64,000 bases of DNA from assembly GCA_038824665.1 (NCBI GenBank), contig JAWBBK010000001.1:320001-384000 (forward strand), read 5' to 3'. The position numbers were made by a program, and so were the translations under genes. The stretch comes from Acidilobaceae archaeon. Lineage in GTDB: Archaea > Thermoproteota > Thermoprotei_A > Sulfolobales > Acidilobaceae. Positions 30,843-41,046 of the stretch are shown piece by piece (the first letter of the stretch is position 1; each line of letters opens with the position of its first letter). The notes under the pieces were generated by a model, which was given only the letters and a program-made list of their open reading frames with translations, did not search any database and was not told the origin of the DNA.

Positions 30843-31565
30843 TCAACACAGCGGCGAGGGCGCTGGCTTTATAGATATGAGTCCATAGGATAGCAGAGTT
30901 GCTGATAGTAGCTTCAGAGCGGAGGTCCATAGAGAGTAGGTAGCACTAAAGTCTTCAGTCAGAACAGCTATAGCTAAGACTACGAGCCCACAAGCAGTTA
31001 TCAGATAGGGAACTCTTTCAGAGCTTGTACCTCGTTTGTAGGCAGAATATAGATAAAGAGCAGTGGCTAGAAGAGTTCCTCCTAATAAGATCGTTAGAGC
31101 TATTGAGGAGGGAAGAGGCTCAGAGAACGCTGCGTTGAATCCGTCAGCGACAATGTTTTCTAATAATACTGTTGTCTTTACGATAGTTATTGCAAAACCT
31201 ATAGTAACGAGTATGAGAATTGCAATAACGACCAGCGATATAGCGAACAAGTCTAAGTGCATGATAATGCTCACGGTTAACGTCGCGGGCACTATATGTT
31301 GAAAGAAATAGGCAGTTTTGAAAATTGCCGAGATCGAGTTCGAGTCCTCACTCGAGCTCCAGCCTCTCAGATAGCCGTAGGCGAAAAGAGCTAAGGCAAT
31401 CGAGTAAAAGCTCATAGCCGCTCCTGCTACAGCTTTACATGCTAATCTTCTAGCACGAGTCTTCAAATACGTTCTGATGAGTTTATCTGATGCAACAAGA
31501 GAAACGATAAGAGCTACAGTGAGTAAGACGACCTCCACATCCAGCACCGAGAGACCAGTATTCAA
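30843..31565 (-). CDS. Hypothetical polytopic membrane protein
   Basis: About seven hydrophobic segments. Confidence 0.7.
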   Translation of the reverse strand: MNTGLSVLDVEVVLLTVALIVSLVASDKLIRTYLKTRARRLACKAVAGAAMSFYSIALALFAYGYLRGWSSSEDSNSISAIFKTAYFFQHIVPATLTVSIIMHLDLFAISLVVIAILILVTIGFAITIVKTTVLLENIVADGFNAAFSEPLPSSIALTILLGGTLLATALYLYSAYKRGTSSERVPYLITACGLVVLAIAVLTEDFSATYSLWTSALKLLSATLLSYGLISIKPAPSPLC

Positions 31566-31659
31566 CGTTAAAAGTAAAATAAATATTTCGAGAGATTCTC
31601 GTAGAGCTTAGTTGACGAGAAAGTTAGAACAATTTAAGATAAGAAGAAATAGAGGATGA

Positions 31660-32664
31660 CTAGGAGAGTTCAACTAGCGTTATGTACATCGTGATTAGAG
31701 CTAGCACAGATGAGAGTCCGGTCAGAAGCACTGAGACCGCTAATATCTCGGGCTCTGAAAGAGGCGTTCTAGATAATATCAGAGTGTAGATGCTAACAGC
31801 TCTAGAAGCTCGTTTCACCTTAATTAACCATCCTTCGATCTCAACAGGTCTCTCAAAGCTTCTCCTCTCTCTAAACCCAACGTTAGTTATTTTGAGAAAT
31901 CCGTTGAGTCCGATGGGAAGAGCTAATAGAACAGCTGCTGCCTCAAGTCTTCCCATTATGGCTATAGAAGCGTATGCGGCTCCTAAAGCAAAACTTCCTG
32001 TATCTCCGTTAAACGCAGTAGCTGGGTAGAAGTTGAGTGGTAGAAGCGCTAGCACGGTTGCCAGAACGACAACAGACGCCAGAAAGCCGAAGCTCGACTC
32101 CTCTATTCCGACGGAGACCTGCATCAGAGCTATGAAAGACATAGCCGTCATAGATATTAGAGCGGTTGATAACATGACTCCGTTATACGCATCATACATA
32201 TTGAATCCGTTTGTTGAGACCGTGTACGCTAGGAACACTAAGAGAGGGTAGATTATGGTGAGTCTAGCGAATCCGTTTAAAGGAATTAGAGGTCTTGGCG
32301 TATATGCCTCAAGAAGCACAACAGGAAGCGCTGGAATGACTCCTGAAGCTATTTTCACATAGGCAGGAAGCGTTTTGAAGTCGTCTATGAGGCCTATGAT
32401 CGTAGCCAGTAAGACGCTAAAGGCTGTAACCAGAGCTCTCTCGTTTTTCGTCATAGCGTAGACCAAGAGCATAGAGGTCGAGATCCCAATAGCGAGCGCT
32501 AATCCTACGCTTTCGGGAACTTCGATTTTACATGGTTTATGCACATCTGTTCCTAAGTGTCCTATCTTCTTGAAGATCTTCGAGAGCGCGAAAGCAGAAG
32601 TCGCAGTCAACACGAAAGAAGAAAGTCCAGCGATCATAGCTACCTTTAGCTCATCGAAAAGCAT
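31660..32664 (-). CDS. UDP-GlcNAc:dolichyl-phosphate GlcNAc-1-P transferase (GPT/AglH, MraY family)
   Basis: GTDVHKP, VPESVG, GLIDD, NGFNMYDAYNG and AFNGDTG motifs. Confidence 0.88.
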   Translation of the reverse strand: MLFDELKVAMIAGLSSFVLTATSAFALSKIFKKIGHLGTDVHKPCKIEVPESVGLALAIGISTSMLLVYAMTKNERALVTAFSVLLATIIGLIDDFKTLPAYVKIASGVIPALPVVLLEAYTPRPLIPLNGFARLTIIYPLLVFLAYTVSTNGFNMYDAYNGVMLSTALISMTAMSFIALMQVSVGIEESSFGFLASVVVLATVLALLPLNFYPATAFNGDTGSFALGAAYASIAIMGRLEAAAVLLALPIGLNGFLKITNVGFRERRSFERPVEIEGWLIKVKRASRAVSIYTLILSRTPLSEPEILAVSVLLTGLSSVLALITMYITLVELS

Positions 32665-33089
32665 GAGAAACCCCCTTTACAACACACTTTCAGGACGATT
32701 ACGTCTCCGTCTTTGAGTTTCAACTCTTCTCGTAACGAAACGTTTGAGATAAGCTCAATGACTTTGTCTCCGTGTTTGGTGACCAAAGGTCTTATCAGAT
32801 AGACCTTTACAGTAGGTAATGTTTTCAGCTCTGCTGGGTAAGCTAGAACAGGGTTGAGCCAGGCCTTGTCTACCGGAGGCTTTACGACCACAGGCTCTCC
32901 TTCAGCTAGACACTTCTTCAACTCTTCAAGTCCGTCTAACACTCGCATATTGAGTGTCCCAGGATAGGGCTTAAGTCCTAACGCTTCTTCAAAGCTTTTA
33001 GAGTAGAGTTCTACATAGTAAGCTCCTTCCTTCAGCCCTGATTCGACTAACGCCGTTATGTTTGTACAGATACAGTCCCTTTGCGCTAA
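32646..33089 (-). CDS. ribK: CTP-dependent riboflavin kinase (start uncertain)
   Basis: VESGLKEGAYYV and LGLKPYPGTLN upstream of the track start; IELIS...LREELKLKDGD. Confidence 0.88.
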   Translation of the reverse strand, partial: LAQRDCICTNITALVESGLKEGAYYVELYSKSFEEALGLKPYPGTLNMRVLDGLEELKKCLAEGEPVVVKPPVDKAWLNPVLAYPAELKTLPTVKVYLIRPLVTKHGDKVIELISNVSLREELKLKDGDVIVLKVCCKGGFSCFSMS

Positions 33090-33161
33090 GACGTCTCCCT
33101 ATTTAAGGTCGCTTCAAGTAAACTTTAAGTAAACAAAGCTACCCTAGGAGGCCGTCTTGTC

Positions 33162-34322
33162 ATGAACTTCATAGAAGCTGACGTGGCTGTGGTCTATGGA
33201 AACGTTATCGAAAACGCTAAGATCCCAGCTCCTATCAGCGGTAGCTACAAGCTGGTGATCGTTCCTGGCTTTGTAGACGCACATGCTCATCCTCAGCTAG
33301 TAGATGGAGGACTAGAGTTCGCTAAAGTTTGGCGAGACTCCTATGAGTGGTTTGAGAACAGAAGGCTCTCTATTGATGAATTGAAGGTTAGGAGAGACCT
33401 AGAGCTATCAGAAAAGCTAGCGACGCTTACATTCGCTAGAGCTTTGCTTGAAGGAGTTACGTTCATAGCGATTACAGGAAGGCTTTTAGCCAACGTGAGA
33501 GCCTGGTTGAACATGCCCGCTAGACCTAGAGTTGCGTTTCTACCTTCAGTAATGGATAGAGCAGGATGGACCTTTAGAGAGCTCTCTATGGATTACGAGA
33601 AGGTCTCTATGATTGTTGAAGATGGAACAGCTAAGCTGGGAGTTTTCGTACACAGCTTAGGAACTTCTAGTTTAGATACCGTGAACTCTGCCATAAGGAT
33701 CGCTCTGAGAGAGGGGAAGATCTTAGGGTTGCACTTCAGCGAAGGAATCAACGAGGTTGAGAAGTTTGAAGAGGTCTTTGGAAAACCTCCTTATCCTATT
33801 AGGATAGTAACAGTTCATTGTATAGACGGCGATCTGAGACATAGAAACATACCGTGTGTAGCGTGTCCAGCTACTAACTTGGTTCTTTACAGGAGGATCA
33901 GGAGGTCTGTAGAGACGTATTCAGGCATAGGAAGCGACTGGCCTCTGATCTTAGGCACCTCTCCTCGACACTTCCCGTTAGTCGCTAGAGTCTATAGAGC
34001 TTCGATACAGAAACTCATATCTCTATATACTATCGAGGGCTATAGAGTCTATTCCATGCCTCACGACGGAGACCTCGTAGCTTATGATGAAGACCTCGAT
34101 CTGGTGATTGAAGGCAAGGCTTTACCGAGCCTCGTTACCGTAGCCGGCAAAGTTGTAGTCGAGGAAAAGAGACTTATAGAGAGTGAACTCATGCTCTCCG
34201 ATATAGAGAAGAAGATAGAAGAAGCAATAAGAGAAGCTTACGAGCGATACAAGACAGATGACAGTCTCAGACCTCCAAGACCTCTCGGGGTCGAGGAGAT
34301 CCTCAGTTTTGCTTCGCTCTAA
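33162..34322 (+). CDS. Amidohydrolase-family metal-dependent hydrolase
   Basis: PGFVDAHAH, LHFSEG, VHC and GSD motifs. Confidence 0.85.
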   Translation: MNFIEADVAVVYGNVIENAKIPAPISGSYKLVIVPGFVDAHAHPQLVDGGLEFAKVWRDSYEWFENRRLSIDELKVRRDLELSEKLATLTFARALLEGVTFIAITGRLLANVRAWLNMPARPRVAFLPSVMDRAGWTFRELSMDYEKVSMIVEDGTAKLGVFVHSLGTSSLDTVNSAIRIALREGKILGLHFSEGINEVEKFEEVFGKPPYPIRIVTVHCIDGDLRHRNIPCVACPATNLVLYRRIRRSVETYSGIGSDWPLILGTSPRHFPLVARVYRASIQKLISLYTIEGYRVYSMPHDGDLVAYDEDLDLVIEGKALPSLVTVAGKVVVEEKRLIESELMLSDIEKKIEEAIREAYERYKTDDSLRPPRPLGVEEILSFASL

Positions 34323-34512
34323 GCTTTTTCAAGATAGCTCCTAAGACCATAAGAGAGATGTAAGCAACTATGATCGCTAGAAGAGCTAAAGCTAACCTGA
34401 GATTTACTACAGCAACTCTTGAAATAAAGAAAAAGAAAAGAAGGAGAACAGCTAGCGTGAGCATTGAGAAGAGTTCTTTCAAGAATCTCCTAAAGCTGCT
34501 CGAACCTCCCAT
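34303..34512 (-). CDS. Small two-TM membrane protein
   Basis: 69 aa; two hydrophobic helices with basic flanks. Confidence 0.6.
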   Translation of the reverse strand: MGGSSSFRRFLKELFSMLTLAVLLLFFFFISRVAVVNLRLALALLAIIVAYISLMVLGAILKKLRAKQN

Positions 34513-34607
34513 ATCTGTTCATCCAAACGCTTAACGCGCTCAAAGTATTTAGCGTGTATGAGTTCTCATCGCTAACGATAATAGCTTCAAAGTTCGACTA
34601 GCACAAA

Positions 34608-34666
34608 GGCGGGATGAAGAATCGCAAACCGAGGCTACGATGGCCTAGAGCTCTCGCACGACCGCC
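34608..34666 (+). ncRNA. Candidate box C/D-like (K-turn) sRNA
   Basis: Terminal stem GGCGG/CCGCC enclosing ATGAAGA, CCGA, hairpin GGCTA..TGGCC and ACGA; GC-rich island in an intergenic gap. Confidence 0.4.
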
Positions 34667-34754
34667 GCTTCTTTAAGAGAACCAACCTAACGTGCGAGTT
34701 AGCGTTAAATTTTAATTATTTGGTTTACTTGGTTTGTGAAAGCAGAGGTGTGAA

Positions 34755-35939
34755 ATGTTGGTAACACGCAATATAGCTTTCTTTCTCGCTTTATTGCTTT
34801 TGCTGTATTCTCTACCAGTTTTAGCTCTCTCGCCTTCTCCTATCAGCTTCGTCGTAACGGACAACATAATGAAAGTGACTACTCCCTACTACTCTCTTTC
34901 GTTAGACCTCAAACAGGGTCTACATATCCTCTCTTGGTCGATAGGAGGTATAAACGTCGAGTGGAAAGAGGTCAATGCCGTAGTCTTAGACTTATGCTCT
35001 CTTAATGGTGTTGAGAAGGGGGCTTCTCCTCTCAACAAAGCTGAGTGGTCTCACGAAGTGCTTGTAGGCTCAGGAGAAGTCCTCAGAGTCTTGCTGAAGC
35101 CTAAGGACGAGAACACGTGTCTCTCGCCTCTCAACGTTGAAGTCATACTTAGCTTTTACTCTTGGCTTCCCTATATAGAAATCGAAGCTACAATCTCGAA
35201 CCCTTCAAACGAAACAGTTAGACTGGTCGGCTCTAAAGGGACTCCAGCACTTTCGCTCAGTCTACCTTCAGCTGTAGGTTCTAGAGCGCTGTTGTTGACT
35301 TTCGATCTCTCAGGTCTAACCATACACAAAGACTCTGGAGTATATCCTAAGCAACGACTTCAATCTATAGCTCTAGCCATGTTTGCAAACGACTCGCTGA
35401 GATTCATCTATGGACTCTCAGACCTTTCAAAAGAAGAATACAGTCTTCTCATCTTTGAGAATAACGATAAAAAAGCATGGCTCGACGTGTTGCTCAGCTC
35501 TCGAGAAATCAGTTCGGGAGCTAGATTCGTGTTCAACTTCAAACTGACATTGGTCTTCAACGACCCTGCTGTAGCCTCTTTTGCTGGTCTAGCTCCAGTC
35601 TATGCGGCTTTAGAGCCTAACAGGTTTAAAGAAATGCTTGAAATGCTTCCACTCGAAAAACATATGGAAGACGTCAAGCAGACTATAGAGAGTCTCAGAG
35701 CGACTAACGAAATGCTCGAGGCTAAAACAAAAGAGCTCGAGAGCTTAGTTGAGTTCTGGAAGAAAGAGGTCAAAGTGAGAGAGGAGAGTTTACAAAGTCT
35801 AGAGACCAGGCTAGAGAAAGAGACATTACTTGTTATGGGAGTTGCGGCTCTAGGTATTGTGCTAGGGTTCTTCGGAGGAGTTTTAGCTCATAGAGCTAAG
35901 GTCGAGCATGAGAGAGGTAGGATAGCTAGAAGGAGGTGA
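34755..35939 (+). CDS. Exported membrane-anchored protein with coiled-coil stalk
   Basis: Signal peptide, beta-rich body, heptad-rich segment, C-terminal TM and basic tail. Confidence 0.75.
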   Translation: MLVTRNIAFFLALLLLLYSLPVLALSPSPISFVVTDNIMKVTTPYYSLSLDLKQGLHILSWSIGGINVEWKEVNAVVLDLCSLNGVEKGASPLNKAEWSHEVLVGSGEVLRVLLKPKDENTCLSPLNVEVILSFYSWLPYIEIEATISNPSNETVRLVGSKGTPALSLSLPSAVGSRALLLTFDLSGLTIHKDSGVYPKQRLQSIALAMFANDSLRFIYGLSDLSKEEYSLLIFENNDKKAWLDVLLSSREISSGARFVFNFKLTLVFNDPAVASFAGLAPVYAALEPNRFKEMLEMLPLEKHMEDVKQTIESLRATNEMLEAKTKELESLVEFWKKEVKVREESLQSLETRLEKETLLVMGVAALGIVLGFFGGVLAHRAKVEHERGRIARRR

Positions 35940-35945
35940 GTTTCG

Positions 35946-36954
35946 ATCAGTCTGAAAAGATACCCCTTTCCTTAGCGATCCCGAGTCTTATGCTTCAGTT
36001 AGGCTTTCGGTAGCGAGAGCGTTTGTTGAGCTTATAGCTTCCGATGAAGAGCTAATTAAAAGAAGTCTCGAAAGAGTAAGGGCAGCCGTAGAGGGAAGGC
36101 TGGAAGAGTTTACAAACAGATTAGACGTGGACTCTCAAGTATACACCTTCTGGCTCGCTTTGCTAGCGCTTCGCGAAGCTGGAAGCGTTAGGTTGTTCAG
36201 AAGTTTTGTTGAAAAAGAGCTAGAGCTAGCATACAAACACCTGCTTTCAGAAGAAGACAGAGACGTATTGAAGATTGCTGAGAGCTTAGGGCTGAAAGCG
36301 ATTAGCAAAGAACTCAAAGTTCCAGTCTATCGCGATAAAAGAGATAGACTTCACTATAAGATCTTCAGCTACGCAGTGTCTGTGAGAGACTTCTTAAAGG
36401 TCTCAGCAAGGTCTAGAGAAAGTAAGTTAAAACTCACTAACATGCCGGTCAAGGAGGGAACTGTATATCTCGATGGAGAGATGCTTCGAGAACTCGTGCT
36501 AGCGATGTTTAAAGTGAAGATGTTCGACAAGCTAAATGAGCTAGAAGCTCCAGAGACGTCAGCTTTCAGAAAGCTAGTAGAGGAGTTGAGAAGAGCAGAG
36601 CTGATAGCGGTCAGTGGCTTCGATAAGCACTTGTTGCCTAATTGTATTAAGGAAATTTTAGAGAGAGCAGGTCATGGTGAGTTGAGCGATGCAGAAATCC
36701 ATACGCTTTTGTCTTTTTTAAAACGAATTGAGACACCAAGAGAGGCAGTGGTAGAGATGTTAATGACTCTAGATATGAACAGCGACTTAGCTGAAACCAT
36801 AGCGTTAGCTCTAGAAGAGGTGGACTCTCCAGGTCCTCTCAAGTGTGAAGAGCTGAAAAAAAGAGAGATCTGCGACTGCGAGAAAGACCTTACTCTAGAG
36901 TATTCAGACCGCAAAGCCCAGGTGTCTCAGAGAGCTCTTGAGAAAGGTCGGTGA
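35946..36954 (+). CDS. priL: DNA primase large subunit (extra base at 35963-35969; start uncertain)
   Basis: KRYPF-L N-terminal motif one base out of frame; KLTNMPVKEG.VYL and LPNCIKEIL motifs. Confidence 0.8.
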
Positions 36955-37516
36955 GCCTCTTCCTAGATTCTCTGAATAGAGCGTTAGCCTCAGAGACCAA
37001 GATCTCAAGTTTTGACTCGTTGAAAAGGTCTACGCCTTTTAGTCTTAAAGGAACGATCATTTGAATGCTACTCATGAGTTCGAGAGAGTAGCCGAGTCTT
37101 GAATGTCTCGACACAACTCCGCTATGCTTAAACCCGTGCTTTCTGGCTAGACTCAGAGCGTAAAACGCGCAAGCGAGTCTCGGAGTTCTGAAATGTATTA
37201 TCGGTCCGCTAACTTTAAGCCACAACGTCGAGAAGCCTCTAGCTAGCGTTTTGTTGAGTTCAGAAATCTCTATGAAGTCATGAGTTTTGTATACTACTCT
37301 TGCTCTCTTTCTGCTCCAATGCTCTTCTCCTTCAACTAAGGTTATCCTCCCAATACAACTGCTTGTTGTGAGTAGCAAAGGAGGAGAGTTAAGCTTGTTC
37401 AAAACCTCTTCTGCTCCTGGATCCAGATATCCTATAAGCCTCTCTTCGAGAAGTCCTTCAAGTACTGACTTTTTGTATTTGAGCCAACTCTCAAGCTCTA
37501 TGCTCGACTTCAGCAT
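36890..37516 (-). CDS. taw3: tRNA wyosine-derivative methyltransferase Taw3/TYW3
   Basis: YLD, TTSSCIGRI, YKTH, PIIH and GFKHSG motifs. Confidence 0.92.
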   Translation of the reverse strand: MLKSSIELESWLKYKKSVLEGLLEERLIGYLDPGAEEVLNKLNSPPLLLTTSSCIGRITLVEGEEHWSRKRARVVYKTHDFIEISELNKTLARGFSTLWLKVSGPIIHFRTPRLACAFYALSLARKHGFKHSGVVSRHSRLGYSLELMSSIQMIVPLRLKGVDLFNESKLEILVSEANALFRESRKRLTDLSQELSETPGLCGLNTLE

Positions 37517-38345
37517 CGACCACCACTTGAACTCGTTTGGGTCCTACTTTCCTAACGGGTCTTGAGCTAAGCGAGATTGTCTTCCAACCTAGCTCTTCAA
37601 GTCTCTGCGACACCATTCTCTCCGCTTCCTTTAAGAACTTCTTCTCTTTGTCCATCAGCAGATGGAGATAGAAATGCATCCACCCTCTTTCCTCTTTTAG
37701 AGCCTTCAGAGCATAGGGAGTATACTCGAGAGCTAGGTCAGGTAAAGGCATTAAGACCCTGTTGGCTACTCCTATTAGCTTCTCTTCTACTACCTTAGCG
37801 GCATCACCTAAGTGTGCGATCACCCTATCAGCTACTTTGTTAAGAGCTATGTTCTCAAGCATGAGCTGATAGGCATGTTCATTTATGTCTATACTGTGAA
37901 CTAGTTTGACATCAGACCTCTTGGCTATTATTATCGAGAACGTGCCAACTCCGGCGAACATGTTTACAACTATCTCTCCTGACTTTACGAGTTTAGCTAC
38001 TCTGAGATGTTCATAGGAAAGCCTAGGAGTGATAAACACTTTAGCTACATCAACCTTGAAGACGCATCCGTGTTCTTTATAGTAGGTGACAGTCTTTGGC
38101 TCTCCGGCTAGGTGAATGAGCCTTCTGGTTTTAAAAGGAGGCTCGGTAGGACTAACGGCAAGCCATACAGACTTCACGTATGGAATGCGTTTCATCAACT
38201 CCTCAGCCACAGCTCTGAAGTCTTCGAGAGTTAGATTAGAAGAAAACGGTTTCTTCATGACAGCTATGTCTCCAACTATCTCAAGAGACTTCCACACTTC
38301 TCTTGCCTTCTCTCTTCCTAACACTTCTTCAGCTATGACTCTCAC
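37491..38345 (-). CDS. Trm5/Taw2-family tRNA methyltransferase lacking the D1 domain (Trm5a/Taw21-like)
   Basis: VGDIAV, YKEHGC.F.VD, NMFAGVG and LMPLP motifs; adjacent to taw3. Confidence 0.85.
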   Translation of the reverse strand: MRVIAEEVLGREKAREVWKSLEIVGDIAVMKKPFSSNLTLEDFRAVAEELMKRIPYVKSVWLAVSPTEPPFKTRRLIHLAGEPKTVTYYKEHGCVFKVDVAKVFITPRLSYEHLRVAKLVKSGEIVVNMFAGVGTFSIIIAKRSDVKLVHSIDINEHAYQLMLENIALNKVADRVIAHLGDAAKVVEEKLIGVANRVLMPLPDLALEYTPYALKALKEERGWMHFYLHLLMDKEKKFLKEAERMVSQRLEELGWKTISLSSRPVRKVGPKRVQVVVDAEVEHRA

Positions 38346-38372
38346 TATCCTGCTCGCTTTCAGACACCTCCT

Positions 38373-38421
38373 TCAGTCGGGATGGATTCTATCACCGCTC
38401 AATGTTGGAGTCACTCATCAC
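38373..38421 (-). ncRNA. Box C/D guide sRNA
   Basis: GTGATGA-12 nt-TTGA-gcg-GTGATAGA-11 nt-CTGA, canonical archaeal spacing. Confidence 0.75.
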
Positions 38422-38816
38422 CGCTTTCTGCTATGCTTCCAGACTTAATCAGGTCTAGTCTTCTTTCTGAGTTCAAGGTCGTTTAACTTCAGCTTTCTCT
38501 CTTCTAGTCGCGTTCGTCACAAAGCTCTTAACGATATCTACTGTTTTTACATCTTGTAGTCTAATTCGTCTATCTTCTCAGAGCTTCTGCTCGTTGTTTC
38601 GACTTAGACTCTTAGCCCTATAGTTGAGCTTGTCGTAAATTTGAACGAACTCTACGACTGTTCAAACAATGAGCTTCTTGACTGTAAGTCTAAGGAGAGG
38701 TTCTAAACTAAGCAGAAACATCAGGAATAGACAACGGGAGACGTTTAAGAAAAGAAAAATGTCAAGTTTTTGTTGCGATACCGCCATATTCACGCTAATC
38801 TTAAATTAATCGACCT

Positions 38817-39056
38817 TTACGACAGAATCTCTATCGTCACTATCGAGAGTAGCATTGAAATAATAAATTTTGAGCTAACCTTAAACTCTTCGGTGCCTAT
38901 GTATAGCTCAGGTAGTAGAGGTAGTAGAACACCCAGTCCCACCCACATCGCGATTAAGACCGAGATTAGCAATATCTCCCGCACGTATCTATCGCTTAAG
39001 AGCGTCTTCAACAACGTTCTCTTTACGGTTCCATACATTCCTCTAGCTTTGCGCAC
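38817..39056 (-). CDS. Small two-TM membrane protein
   Basis: 79 aa, GTG start preceded by a purine-rich AAGAAGGAG, two hydrophobic helices. Confidence 0.5.
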   Translation of the reverse strand: MRKARGMYGTVKRTLLKTLLSDRYVREILLISVLIAMWVGLGVLLPLLPELYIGTEEFKVSSKFIISMLLSIVTIEILS

Positions 39057-39231
39057 CTCCTTCTTACCTTGGTTTGTATAATGTAGGTCAGAGGAAATAA
39101 AGCTTGTGCTCGACTATTGCTTGCAGTAGCAAGTACCTTAAGAACTTAGAGTCAGGTCAGGGATAAATAAGAGTTCTAGGACGGTCATGTTGAAGACAAT
39201 GCCTCTAAACGAGTTATGATTCTGCTCTTCT

Positions 39232-40005
39232 CTATCGTCGTTCAGATTTCCCTATAACCACCATAGCTTTGAGGTCTCTCAACACCATTGCCTCAACTCC
39301 ATAGACCTTTTCTACCAGCTGAGAGGTTAGAACCTCTTCAGGATGTCCTTCTGCCACCACCTCTCCGCTGTTGAGCACATAGACCCTGTCGGAAAGCCTC
39401 ATGGCTTGAGTGAGGTCGTGAAGCGCAACCAATACCGCTATCCTCTTCTCTTTAGCTATTCTGGATATAGCTTCCGCTATCTCTAACTGGTTTCTCAAAT
39501 CTAGCTGTGACGTAGGCTCGTCTAGTAGAAGCACTTGAGGTTCAACAGCTAGAGCTCTAGCTATAGAGACCAGCTGAAGCTCTCCACCGCTAACTCTCAA
39601 AACGCTCTTCTCGACTAGATGTTCTGCTCCTACAGTTCTGAGAGCTCTAAGAGCGATCTCATAATCTCTTCTCGTAGGAGCGAGCTTTATCCAAGGTCTT
39701 CTTCCAGTTAACACGAAGTCTATGACTGAGATGTCTTCAAGAGCCTGTAGTCTTTGAGGAACGTAGCCTACGAGCTTAGCGATCTGCTCTCTAGGAGCTC
39801 TTAACACATCAACTCCGTCTATGAATATACTACCTCTTCTGGGTTTGACTAAGCCAGCTATGGCTCTAAGAAGCGTGGTTTTCCCGACGCCGTTAGGACC
39901 TACTAGCGCTACCAGCTCTCCAGCGTTAGCTCTTAGAGAAACCTCTTTTAACACTATACGAGAACCATAAGAGACCTCTAAGTCTTGAACTTCTACTTTA
40001 CTCAC
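39232..40005 (-). CDS. FecE/BtuD-type ABC ATPase
   Basis: GPNGVGKTT, VSGGELQ, LLLDEPT and LHDL motifs. Confidence 0.94.
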   Translation of the reverse strand: MSKVEVQDLEVSYGSRIVLKEVSLRANAGELVALVGPNGVGKTTLLRAIAGLVKPRRGSIFIDGVDVLRAPREQIAKLVGYVPQRLQALEDISVIDFVLTGRRPWIKLAPTRRDYEIALRALRTVGAEHLVEKSVLRVSGGELQLVSIARALAVEPQVLLLDEPTSQLDLRNQLEIAEAISRIAKEKRIAVLVALHDLTQAMRLSDRVYVLNSGEVVAEGHPEEVLTSQLVEKVYGVEAMVLRDLKAMVVIGKSERR

Positions 40006-41032
40006 GTCTAAACACCTCTCTTCCTAGCAGTAACGCTATGAGAAGAGGAGCTCCCAGAAGTGAGCCTACAACTCCTACCGGTAATGTCGCAGGAGATATG
40101 ATAGATCTGCCCACAGCGTCAGCTAACACCACCAGAAGAGCTCCCGTTATCGAGGCCGTTAAGACAACGAACCTATAGCTATGTCCTACTAAAAGTCTCG
40201 CTATATGTGGAGCTAGTAAACATATAAACGCGAGAACTCCCATGAACGCTGTAACCAGAGCTGCTGCAATCGTAGCGACTAGAGCTAACTCCAAACGGGC
40301 TCTACGAGGATCGACTCCAGAAGAGGCCGCTATCTCGTCTCCCATGCTCAGAAGGTCTAGGTCGAGTCTGAGAGATCTGATGATGAGATAAATTACCGCT
40401 ATGAGAGTTGGTACAGATATGAAGTAAAGTTCTTGCCAAGCTGGTCTACCGACGTCTCCAAAAAGCCAGAAAGTCAGCATAGCGACTCTTATCTCGTTGA
40501 ACTTTAGGTACTGAATTAGGTTAACTAGAGCTCCGTAAAAGAAGCTCATAGATATAGCGGCTAATATCAGAGCTCTCTCAGTAAGCCCTGCTACATAGGC
40601 TAGAGATAAGACTATAGCTAGCTGAACGAAGGCTGAAGTCAGAGCAGCTAGAGCGAGTAAGTAGGGACTCTCAACCGCTATAAAGGCTCTTTCAACTCTA
40701 CCTCCTAACTCGAAAACCAAGAGAGCAACAGCTACTCCTAGAGCTGCAGCTTGAGATATGCCTAACGTGAAAGGCGAAGCTAGAGGGTTTCTCAAAGCTG
40801 ATTGCATTGTAGCTCCTGCAACTCCTAGAGCGAACCCAGCTAGAAGAGCTGAAGCTAATCTTCTGAGCCTCAAGTTTGCGATCAATGAGATCGAAGGGTC
40901 GTCGTTAAGACCTATCGTACTTTTCAACACGTCCACAACAGAGATGTCATAAGCTCCAGTAGAGAGGTGGTAAGCAGATACGATCAGAAGAGCGAGAACT
41001 AGTAAAGAGAGAACGAAGACTTTTCTTCCCAT
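39998..41032 (-). CDS. FecCD/BtuC-type ABC permease
   Basis: LRNPLASPFTLGIS, APHIAR and LPVG motifs. Confidence 0.94.
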   Translation of the reverse strand: MGRKVFVLSLLVLALLIVSAYHLSTGAYDISVVDVLKSTIGLNDDPSISLIANLRLRRLASALLAGFALGVAGATMQSALRNPLASPFTLGISQAAALGVAVALLVFELGGRVERAFIAVESPYLLALAALTSAFVQLAIVLSLAYVAGLTERALILAAISMSFFYGALVNLIQYLKFNEIRVAMLTFWLFGDVGRPAWQELYFISVPTLIAVIYLIIRSLRLDLDLLSMGDEIAASSGVDPRRARLELALVATIAAALVTAFMGVLAFICLLAPHIARLLVGHSYRFVVLTASITGALLVVLADAVGRSIISPATLPVGVVGSLLGAPLLIALLLGREVFRRE

Positions 41033-41046
41033 GGCTATAGCTACCT

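Noticed and set aside
34550-34590. ATGAGTTCTC..GCTAACGA resembling a fluoride riboswitch
   Set aside because: Pseudoknot pairing and the GGnGAUGG..CC stem are absent; no crcB-type gene downstream
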